Assembly: GCA_964522445.1 (NCBI GenBank)
Contig: CAZFUY010000004.1
Coordinates: 1 to 64,000, forward strand
DNA: 64,000 bases
Direction of reading: 5' to 3'
Source: an uncultured Thiotrichaceae bacterium
Lineage (GTDB): Bacteria > Pseudomonadota > Gammaproteobacteria > SZUA-229
Shown here: one piece after another, positions 45,552 to 54,587 of the stretch
Numbering within the stretch: the stretch's first letter is position 1
Layout of the letters: each line of letters starts with the position of its first letter
Notes under the pieces: generated by a model
Told to the model about the DNA's origin: nothing
The model's database searches: none
Seen by the model: only the letters and a program-made list of their open reading frames with translations
Position numbers and translations under genes: made by a program

Positions 45552-45770
45552 AAAAGCAAAAGAAAACGCAAATGAACGCAAACAACGCCAATAAACGCAA
45601 ATAAAGAACAATGATATCTGGTTCCTATACCACCGCATGGGAATTCATATCTTCATACAAAACAACCTGAGCGGGTATTACCCACTCTGCAATTCTGCAA
45701 ACCTTAATTATTATCTGCACCCATTTGCGTTTATTTGCGTTCATTTGCGTTTTCTTTTGCTTTGCTTTTT
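45552..45770. repeat. Family-1 phased-repeat palindromic element, copy C
   Basis: Left arm aaaagcaaaagaaaacgcaaatgaacgcaaacaacgccaataaacgcaaataaag. Right arm cccatttgcgtttatttgcgttcatttgcgttttcttttgctttgctttt. The approximately 115-bp core is unrelated to the cores of copies A and B. Confidence 0.85.
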
Positions 45771-45788
45771 TCTTTTACACAATATCAG

Positions 45789-46889
45789 CTATTCTTCACC
45801 CGCAGGAATGATAGGCGTTTTACATTCTACATCACCGCATTGTGCTTTAAATCGCATAATGTGATCCATTAACACCAGTGCCAGCATCGCTTCACAAATA
45901 GGCGTGGCTCGAATACCGACACAGGGATCATGCCTGCCTTCCGTAATGACTTCCATTGGCTCACCATTAATATCCACACTGCGACCTGGCAAACGCAAAC
46001 TTGAAGTGGGTTTAAATGCGGTATGCACAACAATATTCTGACCCGACGTAATACCACCCAGAATACCTCCTGCATGGTTTGATAAAAAACCCTGCGGGGT
46101 TATTTCATCACGAAATTCTGTGCCTTTTGCTTCCACACATCCAAAACCACCACCAATTTCAACGCCCTTGGCTGCATTAATGCTCATCATGGCATAAGAA
46201 ACTTCTGCATCCATACGATCAAAAATGGGTTCACCTAACCCCGGGGGTACGCCTTCTGCTACCACCGAAATGCGCGCACCAACTGAATTACCTTCTTTAC
46301 GCAAAGCATCCATGTAGCTTTCCATTTCAGCCACTTTATCTGCATCGGCACAGAAAAAAGGATTTTCATGCACCTGATCCCAATCATGCTTTTCAGCTTT
46401 GATGGGGCCTAGCTGAGATAAATAACCACGAATTTTTATGCCATATAAATCTTTAAGGTATTTTTTGGCAATGCCACCCGCTGCTACTCGCATAGCTGTT
46501 TCACGTGCAGATGAGCGACCTCCACCACGGTAATCTCTAAAACCGTATTTCTGGTTGTAAGTGTAATCTGCATGACCGGGACGAAATGTATTTTTAATAT
46601 TGCCGTAATCTTTAGATCGCTGATCAGTATTTTCAATCATCAAACCAATAGGTGTGCCTGTGGTTTTGCCTTCAAATATGCCTGAAAGAATTCTCACCTG
46701 ATCAGGCTCTCGGCGCTGAGTCGTATGCCGTGAAGTTCCCGGACGACGGCGATCAAGATCATGCTGCAAATCAGCTTCTGATAATTCCAGGCCAGGAGGA
46801 CAACCGTCCACAATTGCCAGTAAAGCAGGACCATGGCTTTCACCACTTGTAGTCACTGTAAATAATTTACCCAGTGTATTTCCAGACAC
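45789..46889 (-). CDS. aroC: Chorismate synthase
   Basis: 366 aa, N-terminal TSGESHG, typical AroC throughout. Confidence 0.95.
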   Translation of the reverse strand: MSGNTLGKLFTVTTSGESHGPALLAIVDGCPPGLELSEADLQHDLDRRRPGTSRHTTQRREPDQVRILSGIFEGKTTGTPIGLMIENTDQRSKDYGNIKNTFRPGHADYTYNQKYGFRDYRGGGRSSARETAMRVAAGGIAKKYLKDLYGIKIRGYLSQLGPIKAEKHDWDQVHENPFFCADADKVAEMESYMDALRKEGNSVGARISVVAEGVPPGLGEPIFDRMDAEVSYAMMSINAAKGVEIGGGFGCVEAKGTEFRDEITPQGFLSNHAGGILGGITSGQNIVVHTAFKPTSSLRLPGRSVDINGEPMEVITEGRHDPCVGIRATPICEAMLALVLMDHIMRFKAQCGDVECKTPIIPAGEE

Positions 46890-47017
46890 GTTTTATAACC
46901 TCATACAAAATTCAGCTAAGATATTAACAAAAGTCATGGCTAGCGTCTTGTCAGTCGGGTGCATAAACCGATATAGTGGCAATTATGAGCTGGAAGATAA
47001 ATAACTAGAATTACAAT

Positions 47018-48124
47018 ATGACATTTACAACACCTGACATCCTCATAGTAGAAGATGAAGAACTCAACCGTGACATTATGGCGCGGCGTTTTCAAAACAA
47101 GAATTACAACATTCGCTTTGCAGTTAATGGGCAGGAAGCGCTCGACATGGTGGCCGCAAAGAAACCTGATCTAATCTTACTGGATGTTATGCTTCCAGAA
47201 ATTATGGGCATTCAGGTGCTTCATACCCTGCGTCAAAGTTACTCTATGGTTGAACTGCCTATTATTATGGTTACAGCCATTGATGAAGACCAACGCATTA
47301 TTCGCGCATTAGAACTTGGCGCAAGTGATTATGTTGCAAAACCCATTAATTTTCCGATTCTATTAGCACGCCTTCAAACTCAGTTGAGCCTAAAGCAACT
47401 TTCCGCCCTGAATACAGAATTTCTGGCAACAGCCAGCCATGATTTACGTAAACCTTTAACCATTATTCAGGATGTTGCAAATCAGTCACGACATAAACTG
47501 GCCAGTGGTCAGGAATACAGCATGAAAGAATACTTTGATGATATGACGCTGATAAGTAAGTCTGCTAATTATATGCAGGGTATTGCTGAATGTGTTCTTG
47601 ATATGCAGGCATCAGGTTTTGGTCAGATACGCCTGACCAGAGTACCTTTGCATGTTGAGTCTCTGGTTGATGAAGTACTGGAACGTAATCGCGAACATGC
47701 CAATAGCAAACAGATCACGCTGGTTAGCAAGCATTCATCTGAACGACTCATTGTGGATGCTGACCGCACTCGGATTTCACAGATACTGGATAACTGCGTT
47801 GGCAATGCTATTAAGTTTTGTTCATCCGGTGATCATGTCACACTAGCAATTAAACAGTTAGATAATAAAGTTTTTGTTGAAGTAAGTGACACAGGCCCCG
47901 GCTTAACAGAAAGTGACATGCAGGATCTATTTAAAAAAGATGTTAAGTTAAGCAACAAGCCCACTAATGGTGAGCCAAGCAACGGCCTGGGGCTACCCAT
48001 CTGTAAACAGTTAATTGAATTACATAAGGGTGAAATTGGTGCTTACAACAATGAAGATAAAGGTACTACCTTCTGGTTCTCTTTGCCTAAATTCAAATTA
48101 AAGACAATAAATCTGGAAGACTAG
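47018..48124 (+). CDS. Receiver-histidine kinase fusion (REC-HisKA-HATPase, cytoplasmic)
   Basis: 368 aa. REC with an acceptor Asp (LILLDVMLPEIMG), H-box ATASHDLRKPL, ATPase boxes DTGPGL and GLGLPIC. No TM segment. Confidence 0.85.
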   Translation: MTFTTPDILIVEDEELNRDIMARRFQNKNYNIRFAVNGQEALDMVAAKKPDLILLDVMLPEIMGIQVLHTLRQSYSMVELPIIMVTAIDEDQRIIRALELGASDYVAKPINFPILLARLQTQLSLKQLSALNTEFLATASHDLRKPLTIIQDVANQSRHKLASGQEYSMKEYFDDMTLISKSANYMQGIAECVLDMQASGFGQIRLTRVPLHVESLVDEVLERNREHANSKQITLVSKHSSERLIVDADRTRISQILDNCVGNAIKFCSSGDHVTLAIKQLDNKVFVEVSDTGPGLTESDMQDLFKKDVKLSNKPTNGEPSNGLGLPICKQLIELHKGEIGAYNNEDKGTTFWFSLPKFKLKTINLED

Positions 48125-48143
48125 AAAAATATTAAAATCAATA

Positions 48144-50201
48144 TTAACCCGTAGATTCTAACCAGCTATTTACATCTTCTTCCTCTAGCGGTTTACTAAA
48201 GAAGTAACCCTGTATTATCCGACCCGACATTTCTTTTATTTTTGAAAGTTCTTCTTCTGTTTCTACTCCTTCAAAAATATTGTTTATACCTAAGCTATTG
48301 CTCATATTAACAATGGCATTGACAATACTTTCAAGCCCCTTGTTTTTATCAATATCTTTAACAAACACTCTATCAATTTTAATAATATCAATAGGAAGCT
48401 GTGTTAAATAACTCATCGACGTATAACCTGTACCAAAATCATCCAGCGCAATTGCACAACCCGTTAACTGTAACTCACTCAGAAAAATCTTTGTCTGTTC
48501 AAAATCATTAATTAATAATGATTCTGTTATTTCAAATTTCAGCTGTGCCGGATTAAGACCTGTTTTATCTATTACTTTACGAATATATTTAATTAAATCC
48601 AGATTATTACATTGCAATACGGATAGATTCACCGCAACACTTATATGAGAATATTCCAGTGACTGAATAAATTTAGCTACTTCATAAATAAGCCATTTAC
48701 CAACTGAATAAATTAGCCCTGTTTCTTCCAGCAAAGGCACAAACTGAACTGGAGACACCTGACCCAACTCTGAATTATTCCATCGTAACAACGCCTCAAA
48801 ACCAACAGTTTTCCCTGTCTCACAATCAACCTGAGGCTGGTAGACAATATAAAATTCACGGTTATCAAGCGCCGTATGTAAATGATTTTCCAGAAAAAGC
48901 CGATCACGTAACTGGTTTGACATATTTTCATCATAAAAATAAAAACGATTACCACCGGCTTTTTTCGCATTATACATTGCAGTATCTGCATTCCTTATCA
49001 GATCAACGGGATCAGTGGCATCAAACGGATAAAGACTGATGCCAATGCTACAGCCTATATGTATTTGGTGAGACTTAATTTCAAATGTTTCCGATAGCAG
49101 TAAAATAATTTTCTTGGCAATCTTGATGATTTTCTTGCTATCGAACACCTGCTCTATTACAACAACAAATTCATCGCCTCCATTACGAGCAACTGTATCT
49201 TCCCTTCTCAGTCCACGAAGCAACCTGATAGATACCTCCTGTAATAACAGATCGCCAATAGAATGACCCAGGCTATCATTTATATTTTTAAACCGATCAA
49301 GATCCAGAAATAAAACAGCTACTTGCATACCTGTACGACCACAGGCAATAGCGGCATGCTGAATACGATCCAGCAATAAGCTTTTATTGGGTAAATCAGT
49401 TAGTTCATCATGCCAGGCAATGTGCTGTAAATTTTCTTCTGCTAATTCTCTTTCGGAAATTTCCTTTTTAAGGCTTGCGTTAATTAATGTTAACTCTTTT
49501 GTTCGCTCTTCAACTTTTTCTTTTAATTGATGCCTGTGTTTTTCCAGTTGTTCCTGAACCTGTGTTCGTTGTTCTATTTCAACATTAAGCTCCTGGATAA
49601 GATTTTTATTTTCAAACTGAAACTGAATTTCCTGCTTCCTGGCTTTATTGATACCTGCCGCCGTATAAACAATAAAACCTGCAAATACAATTACTGCCAT
49701 ACCGAGATACTGGCTATACACTCCCTCTATATTAATCAATGCAAAGAAAACACCTATGATCTGAGGAATAATAAATGCCAGAAAAGCCGGAAACCATGTT
49801 GATGATGTAAAAATACTTCCTGAGATTAATCCAAAATTAATTAAAAGTATCAGATTACGAATATCACTATTGGTTGTTGCATACTGCATAAGGGCAACCC
49901 CTCCCCAGCAACACCCCATTAGTAATGTAATCCAGAAATATTTATGTAGCGTTTTTTCAGTATTACCATGATTCACATGAAGATGAACAGAAGAAAGATA
50001 ACGTTTTGAAACAAATATACGCAGAATAGAAAGTACAGAAATAGTGATTAATAATGAAACAATAGAAAGGTTATTTTGTAATGCAATACCTACAAGTACA
50101 GCACACAGAACATTTGCCACACCGGCCGCACTGGCACTGCTAAAAAGCAGATAAACTTGCTTGTCCAGTATTTCACTGGTGGTAACTTTAAATCCATTCA
50201 T
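48144..50201 (-). CDS. Membrane-anchored GGDEF-EAL protein
   Basis: 685 aa. It has an N-terminal polytopic domain, a coiled coil, GGDEF (ARNGGDEFVVV) and EAL (GFEALLRW, DDFGTGYTS). Confidence 0.85.
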   Translation of the reverse strand: MNGFKVTTSEILDKQVYLLFSSASAAGVANVLCAVLVGIALQNNLSIVSLLITISVLSILRIFVSKRYLSSVHLHVNHGNTEKTLHKYFWITLLMGCCWGGVALMQYATTNSDIRNLILLINFGLISGSIFTSSTWFPAFLAFIIPQIIGVFFALINIEGVYSQYLGMAVIVFAGFIVYTAAGINKARKQEIQFQFENKNLIQELNVEIEQRTQVQEQLEKHRHQLKEKVEERTKELTLINASLKKEISERELAEENLQHIAWHDELTDLPNKSLLLDRIQHAAIACGRTGMQVAVLFLDLDRFKNINDSLGHSIGDLLLQEVSIRLLRGLRREDTVARNGGDEFVVVIEQVFDSKKIIKIAKKIILLLSETFEIKSHQIHIGCSIGISLYPFDATDPVDLIRNADTAMYNAKKAGGNRFYFYDENMSNQLRDRLFLENHLHTALDNREFYIVYQPQVDCETGKTVGFEALLRWNNSELGQVSPVQFVPLLEETGLIYSVGKWLIYEVAKFIQSLEYSHISVAVNLSVLQCNNLDLIKYIRKVIDKTGLNPAQLKFEITESLLINDFEQTKIFLSELQLTGCAIALDDFGTGYTSMSYLTQLPIDIIKIDRVFVKDIDKNKGLESIVNAIVNMSNSLGINNIFEGVETEEELSKIKEMSGRIIQGYFFSKPLEEEDVNSWLESTG

Positions 50202-50285
50202 AATGGCTAAAAAGTATAGATCATAAAAACAGTGATAGCTGATAAAACACAGCTTTTAAAATTAACCTGAATACTCTGAAAACAG

Positions 50286-51209
50286 TCAGGCAAAAAACTC
50301 ATCCAGCTGTTCTGCGGTCAATAAAAACACACCGCTACCACCATGCTCAAATTCCAGCCAGTAGAAAGGCACATGAGGAAATTTCTCCTGCAGGGCATAA
50401 TGTGAATTTCCAACTTCAACAACCAGAATACCGCTATCGGTTAGAAAATCACGCGCCTGCTGTAGCATAGGAATTACCAGCTCAAGACCATCATCACCCG
50501 CAGCCAGCCCCAGCTCGGGCTCATGTAAATATTCATCTGGCAAATCTGCCATATCTTCTGCATCTACATAAGGTGGATTGCTAACTATAATGTCATATTT
50601 ACGGGGTGGCACTGCACTGAATAAGTCAGATTCAATAACACTTACTCGATCCTGTAATTCATGATCATCCACATTACGCTGCGCAATTTGCAAAGCACCG
50701 GGGGAGATATCAACCGCATCCACATCCGCCCAGTCAAAAGCATACGCACAGGCAATTGCAATACAGCCACTGCCGGTACATAAGTCCAGAATACTATCGA
50801 CCTGCTCAGCTTCAACCCAGGGTTCAAATTGCTGCTCAATTAATTCAGCAATGGGAGACCGTGGCACAAGAACATGATCATCCACATAGAATTTTAATCC
50901 TGCAAACCAGGCTTCATGCGTCAGGTAGGCAGCGGGTTTGCGTGATTCAATTCTCTGCTGTAATAATTGAATAAGCTGAATTTTTTCTTTCTGAGTCAGC
51001 CGAGTATCAAAATAATCAGCAGGAAAATCATGCGGCAGATGCAGCGCATATAAACACAGGTAAACCGCTTCATCGAGCGCAGAACTCATGCCATGCCCAT
51101 AAAAAAGCTCCGCTTCATTAAATCGGCTAACAGCCCAACGAATACAGTCTTTTAGTGTAAAAAGTTGCTCAGCAAGCTGTTCTGGTTTGGCCATAGGATT
51201 AGATCTCAT
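50286..51209 (-). CDS. prmB: Ribosomal protein L3 glutamine N5-methyltransferase
   Basis: 307 aa. SAM-binding DLCTGSGCIA, catalytic NPPY (VSNPPYV), and a PrmB-type N-terminus (IRWAVSRFNEAELFYGHG). Confidence 0.9.
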   Translation of the reverse strand: MRSNPMAKPEQLAEQLFTLKDCIRWAVSRFNEAELFYGHGMSSALDEAVYLCLYALHLPHDFPADYFDTRLTQKEKIQLIQLLQQRIESRKPAAYLTHEAWFAGLKFYVDDHVLVPRSPIAELIEQQFEPWVEAEQVDSILDLCTGSGCIAIACAYAFDWADVDAVDISPGALQIAQRNVDDHELQDRVSVIESDLFSAVPPRKYDIIVSNPPYVDAEDMADLPDEYLHEPELGLAAGDDGLELVIPMLQQARDFLTDSGILVVEVGNSHYALQEKFPHVPFYWLEFEHGGSGVFLLTAEQLDEFFA

Positions 51210-51246
51210 TTATAATCACAAATTCATTTTAATTGGGAGCAAGCTC

Positions 51247-51726
51247 TTGTCCAGGATATTACCCGTTATAAATCTGCTTTTATTATGCCTTTTTTCAGCC
51301 AGCGTGTATGCAGACCAGACATTAAGTATTGAAAACGCATGGATACCTGAAGCACCACCAGGCACAAGTGTGATGGCAGGTTACATGACTATTAAAAACA
51401 ACTCTAATAAATCAATTGATATAATTTCCATATCAAGTCCCAGTTTTAAAGCAGTTGAAATGCATTTATCAAAAGAAGTCGATGGCATTGCTAAAATGTT
51501 GCCACAAAAAAAACTGACTATTCCAGCCAGTCAACAACTGATTCTTAAATCTGGAAGCTATCATCTTATGCTAATAAAACCTGTCTCACGATTAACTGAC
51601 GGCCAATCTGCAACTCTCAACTTTTCTTTAAGCAATAAAAAAACACTGGATATAAAAATACCCGTTAAAAGATCCATTCAAAGAACCATGAAATGTGGTG
51701 CAGGAAAATGCGGCGGTGGAAGATAA
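51247..51726 (+). CDS. Periplasmic copper chaperone PCu(A)C (DUF461) with a Cys/Gly-rich C-terminal tail
   Basis: ORF 51187..51726. Likely start is TTG 51247 (MSRILPVINLLLLCLFSASVYA, GGGAG 8 nt upstream). PCuAC pattern NAWIPEAPPGTSVMAGYMTIKN...AVEMH...GIAKM. Extra tail KRSIQRTMKCGAGKCGGGR. Confidence 0.75.
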   Translation: MSRILPVINLLLLCLFSASVYADQTLSIENAWIPEAPPGTSVMAGYMTIKNNSNKSIDIISISSPSFKAVEMHLSKEVDGIAKMLPQKKLTIPASQQLILKSGSYHLMLIKPVSRLTDGQSATLNFSLSNKKTLDIKIPVKRSIQRTMKCGAGKCGGGR

Positions 51727-51729
51727 AAA

Positions 51730-52611
51730 ATGAACTCCAGCCTGTCTGATTACTTAAAATCTCTGCCTTTTTATTTTATCCCACATCATTTTATATCATG
51801 GCTAATTTTTCATTTAGCACGAGTTGAGTGGACACCGATAAAAAACCTGTCTCTCAAAATTTACCTTTCTTTACATCAGGTTAATATGCAGGAAGCTGAA
51901 CAGACCGATCCCTTTGCATATAAAAATCTTAATGCATTTTTTACCCGCTCACTTAAAGCGGGAGCAAGACCTTTTGCAGAAGGCGAAAACACATTATTGA
52001 GCCCGGTTGATGGCGCGGTGAGTCAGGCACAGGCAATAAAAAATGGCCGTATTTTTCAGGCCAAAGGTAAAGACTACAGTTTATTAGAACTGGTTGGCGG
52101 CATTAACGAACTGGCACAGCCTTTTGAAAAAGGAAAATTCGCTACTATTTATTTATCACCCAGAGATTATCATCGCATCCACATGCCATTAGCAGGCAAA
52201 CTAACAGACATGGTTTACGTTCCAGGCAGATTATTTAGTGTTGCGCCACATACTGCAAAAGTGATTCCCCGTTTATTTGCACGCAATGAACGTCTGGTAT
52301 GTAAATTCGATACAGATGCAGGATCAATGATTATGGTATTAGTCGGTGCAATTAATGTTTCAGCCATTGATACCGTGTGGGCAGGCTCGGTAACACCACC
52401 CAGTAAAAACAGAATTATTCACACGCAATATAATAAAGGTGAAGGTGAAGTTGAACTGGATAAAGGCGCTGAAATGGGGCGATTTAATTTAGGTTCAACG
52501 GTGATCATGTTACTGGGTGAAAATGTGGAATTAGATAATGCTATTCAACCGGGGAATATTACTCGGCTTGGGCAGGCTTTGGGAAGTTTTAAAGCATTAG
52601 CCCACAAATGA
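51730..52611 (+). CDS. psd: Phosphatidylserine decarboxylase proenzyme
   Basis: 293 aa with the self-cleavage motif FNLGSTVIM. Confidence 0.9.
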   Translation: MNSSLSDYLKSLPFYFIPHHFISWLIFHLARVEWTPIKNLSLKIYLSLHQVNMQEAEQTDPFAYKNLNAFFTRSLKAGARPFAEGENTLLSPVDGAVSQAQAIKNGRIFQAKGKDYSLLELVGGINELAQPFEKGKFATIYLSPRDYHRIHMPLAGKLTDMVYVPGRLFSVAPHTAKVIPRLFARNERLVCKFDTDAGSMIMVLVGAINVSAIDTVWAGSVTPPSKNRIIHTQYNKGEGEVELDKGAEMGRFNLGSTVIMLLGENVELDNAIQPGNITRLGQALGSFKALAHK

Positions 52612-52638
52612 ACAAAAATAGACGCAAGATTTATTTTT

Positions 52639-52661
52639 TGCCCCCCTCATGGGGGCATTTT
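52639..52661 (+). terminator. Rho-independent terminator after psd
   Basis: tgccccc-ctcat-gggggca-tttt: a GC-rich 7-bp stem plus a T-run, 28 nt after the psd stop. Confidence 0.75.
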
Positions 52662-52682
52662 CTATTAAGCAAAAAAGATCAT

Positions 52683-53204
52683 ATGAAAAACATCTCTAAT
52701 TTTATAATATTATGTCTAGTAAGTTTTAATGCTTATGCCACACAAGCAGAATCGATTAGAGTAAATAATGAAATAAAAGACGAACACAGAGGCGCAGGAA
52801 TTTCTATAGTCTTCAAACAATGGAATAGAAATTCACTCCCTGTCACATATGGAGGGCTAAGCATAAACACATTAAAATCTAATTTTCCTCTAGAAAAAGA
52901 AAATAGAAATCAAATTTACCCCGTCTATGTTTTTATGGGCATTACATTAAACTACCCTATTTCACCATTCTTAGAGCTTGGGATGGATCTTGGTGACGCA
53001 TTAGAAGATAAAATATTTGAAGGAGACTTCTTAGAAGTCGATATTTATTATTCTTATGGATTAACAATTACATATAAAAAAGCATTTGACCTCTCACTTT
53101 ATCATAAGACTTATGATTTATACTTTAGTGAATTTGCAGACACTAGAATACAAAACGCTAATATTGATATCACAGGCATAAGCATCTCATTTTACCTAAA
53201 ATAA
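52683..53204 (+). CDS. Hypothetical small secreted protein, possibly an outer-membrane beta-barrel
   Basis: ORF 52608..53204. Start moved to ATG 52683 (MKNISNFIILCLVSFNAYA signal peptide) because the psd terminator lies at 52639-52661. It has an alternating aromatic/aliphatic strand pattern. No family was recognised. Confidence 0.45.
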   Translation: MKNISNFIILCLVSFNAYATQAESIRVNNEIKDEHRGAGISIVFKQWNRNSLPVTYGGLSINTLKSNFPLEKENRNQIYPVYVFMGITLNYPISPFLELGMDLGDALEDKIFEGDFLEVDIYYSYGLTITYKKAFDLSLYHKTYDLYFSEFADTRIQNANIDITGISISFYLK

Positions 53205-53316
53205 AAACACATAACTCAACGACTATGAACTGAAAGTCCATAGCTTGCTTTAATAACGATTGAGAATTGTTCTGCTAGTGTCAAAAAAATCTTAAATCCT
53301 GAGACACTGTATATTA

Positions 53317-53346
53317 TGTCATCCCTCGGCTGCGCTTGGGATGACA
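53317..53346. repeat. Short member of the tgtcatccc palindrome family
   Basis: tgtcatccc-tcggctgcgctt-gggatgaca. Confidence 0.7.
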
Positions 53347-53361
53347 TAAAAACACTAAAGT

Positions 53362-53410
53362 CTTGCATTAAAAATGCATAATTTTAACTAGCGCCCTGGG
53401 ACAATAAAAA
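53362..53410. repeat. Hairpin + ttttaactagc..cctgggacaataaaa repeat (second copy at 62484-62534)
   Basis: cttgcattaaaaatgcataattttaactagcgccctgggacaataaaaa versus cgcactaaaagtgcatagttttaactagcaacctggaacaataaaa. The small stem changes tgcatt/aatgca to gcact/agtgc, one compensatory pair. Confidence 0.7.
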
Positions 53411-53435
53411 TATCGAAAGGGTCGGTGACAATGCC

Positions 53436-53519
53436 AGTAAGTTAAGAAAAACTCATATCATTGTAGGGTGCGCCGTGCGCACAGCGCACCCTACTTATGA
53501 CAAAAACGTTTAACTTACT
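53436..53519. repeat. Nested palindrome containing a GTAG-type REP hairpin
   Basis: Outer arms agtaagttaa (53436-53445) and ttaacttact (53510-53519) are perfect. The inner REP is gtagggtgcgc-cgtgcgcaca-gcgcaccctac (53463-53494), with GTAG/CTAC ends. Confidence 0.75.
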
Positions 53520-53546
53520 AACATTAACTCCAGGCCCATCATAATT

Positions 53547-53598
53547 CCTGCTTTTATTTACGTGCATTCGCGCTCATTTTCGAACTAATTCTTTTGAC
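53547..53598. repeat. Degenerate solo arm of the family-1 element
   Basis: cctgcttttatttacgtgcattcgcgctcattttcg aligns with the copy-B right arm cctttgcttttatttgcgtgcattggcgttcatttgcg. No partner arm is present. It ends 3 nt from the epmA stop. Confidence 0.6.
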
Positions 53599-53600
53599 TC

Positions 53601-54587
53601 TCAAACCCTGTCAAAAGAAAAACCAATAACCTCTTCGATAAGATCTTTACCCAATAAAACCATTAACAGTCGATCCAGACCAATCGCAACACCTGAACAT
53701 TCTGGTAAACCAGCTTCAAGTGCGGCTAATAATTTTTCATCAACAGGCATCACTGGCAAATTTAATTCAACTCGTTTTTTATTTTCATTTTCAAAACGCC
53801 TGCGCTGTTCTTTGGCATCTGTTAATTCATAAAAACCATTTGCCAGTTCCAGTTCTCCCAAAAAAACTTCAAAGCGATTTGCCACTCGCGAATCAGTTTC
53901 ACTTATTTTTGCTAATGCAGCCTGCGATGCAGGGTAATCATAAAGAAATGTAAAACTTTGTTTTGGGAATGCAGGTGCTATGGCCTGGGTCATTAACCAG
54001 TCTAACCACATATCCTTATCCTGTTCACTCATGCCTACGGGGATATCGATATTATATTGTTCTGTGATTAGTTTTAGTTCATCAATATTGATATCTAATG
54101 GATCAATACCTAACACGTCTAAAAACGCCTGCTGATAAGAAATACGTTTAATCGGCAGTATATTTATTCTGCTGTGAAAAATTTTAGTTACTTGCTGTAA
54201 GAAACTTTCTATCTCATCCATAAGTTGATGATGATTAAATCCGAGTCGATACCATTCCAGCATTGTGAATTCAGGATTGTGATTTTTCCCCTGCTCATCA
54301 TCTCGAAACACTTTACAAATTTGGTAAATATCACCACTGCCAGATGCCAGTAAACGTTTCATAAAAAATTCTGGTGATGTATGGAGGTAATACTTCTGAT
54401 TTAAAAATTCAGTTGAAAAACTTTGTAGATGTGGATCAGTAATTGCCGCACTGGATAGCACCGGCGTTTCTACTTCCAGCACATTCTGTTCTGCAAAAAA
54501 AGCCCGGATGCTTTGCAGCATACAGGCTCTTATTTTAATAAGATCTAGCGAAGCTGATGGGCTTCTAGTCTTTGACTCTTGAGACAT
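53601..54587 (-). CDS. epmA: Elongation factor P--(R)-beta-lysine ligase (GenX/PoxA)
   Basis: ORF 53601..54608, probable start ATG 54587 (MSQESKTRS...). Class-II LysRS-like catalytic core ([37 protein letters not shown]). It overlaps the efp 3' end. Confidence 0.85.
   Translation of the reverse strand: MSQESKTRSPSASLDLIKIRACMLQSIRAFFAEQNVLEVETPVLSSAAITDPHLQSFSTEFLNQKYYLHTSPEFFMKRLLASGSGDIYQICKVFRDDEQGKNHNPEFTMLEWYRLGFNHHQLMDEIESFLQQVTKIFHSRINILPIKRISYQQAFLDVLGIDPLDINIDELKLITEQYNIDIPVGMSEQDKDMWLDWLMTQAIAPAFPKQSFTFLYDYPASQAALAKISETDSRVANRFEVFLGELELANGFYELTDAKEQRRRFENENKKRVELNLPVMPVDEKLLAALEAGLPECSGVAIGLDRLLMVLLGKDLIEEVIGFSFDRV

Noticed and set aside
21682-45770. Integron attC-like interpretation of the stop-codon-proximal palindromes with variable cores
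   Set aside because: No integrase gene is present and I could not find a GTTRRRY-type core at the element ends. The flanking genes are core housekeeping genes in conserved order, not cassettes.
52112-52127. Sigma-54-like tggcac-agcct-tttga
   Set aside because: It is inside the psd coding sequence, the -12 element is TTTGA rather than TTGC, and no downstream gene needs it.
52608-52682. Longer N-terminus (MNKNRRKIYFLPPSWGHFLLSKKDH) for the gene after psd
   Set aside because: The extension spans the GC-rich psd terminator hairpin (52639-52661) and would bury the signal peptide that starts at Met 52683.
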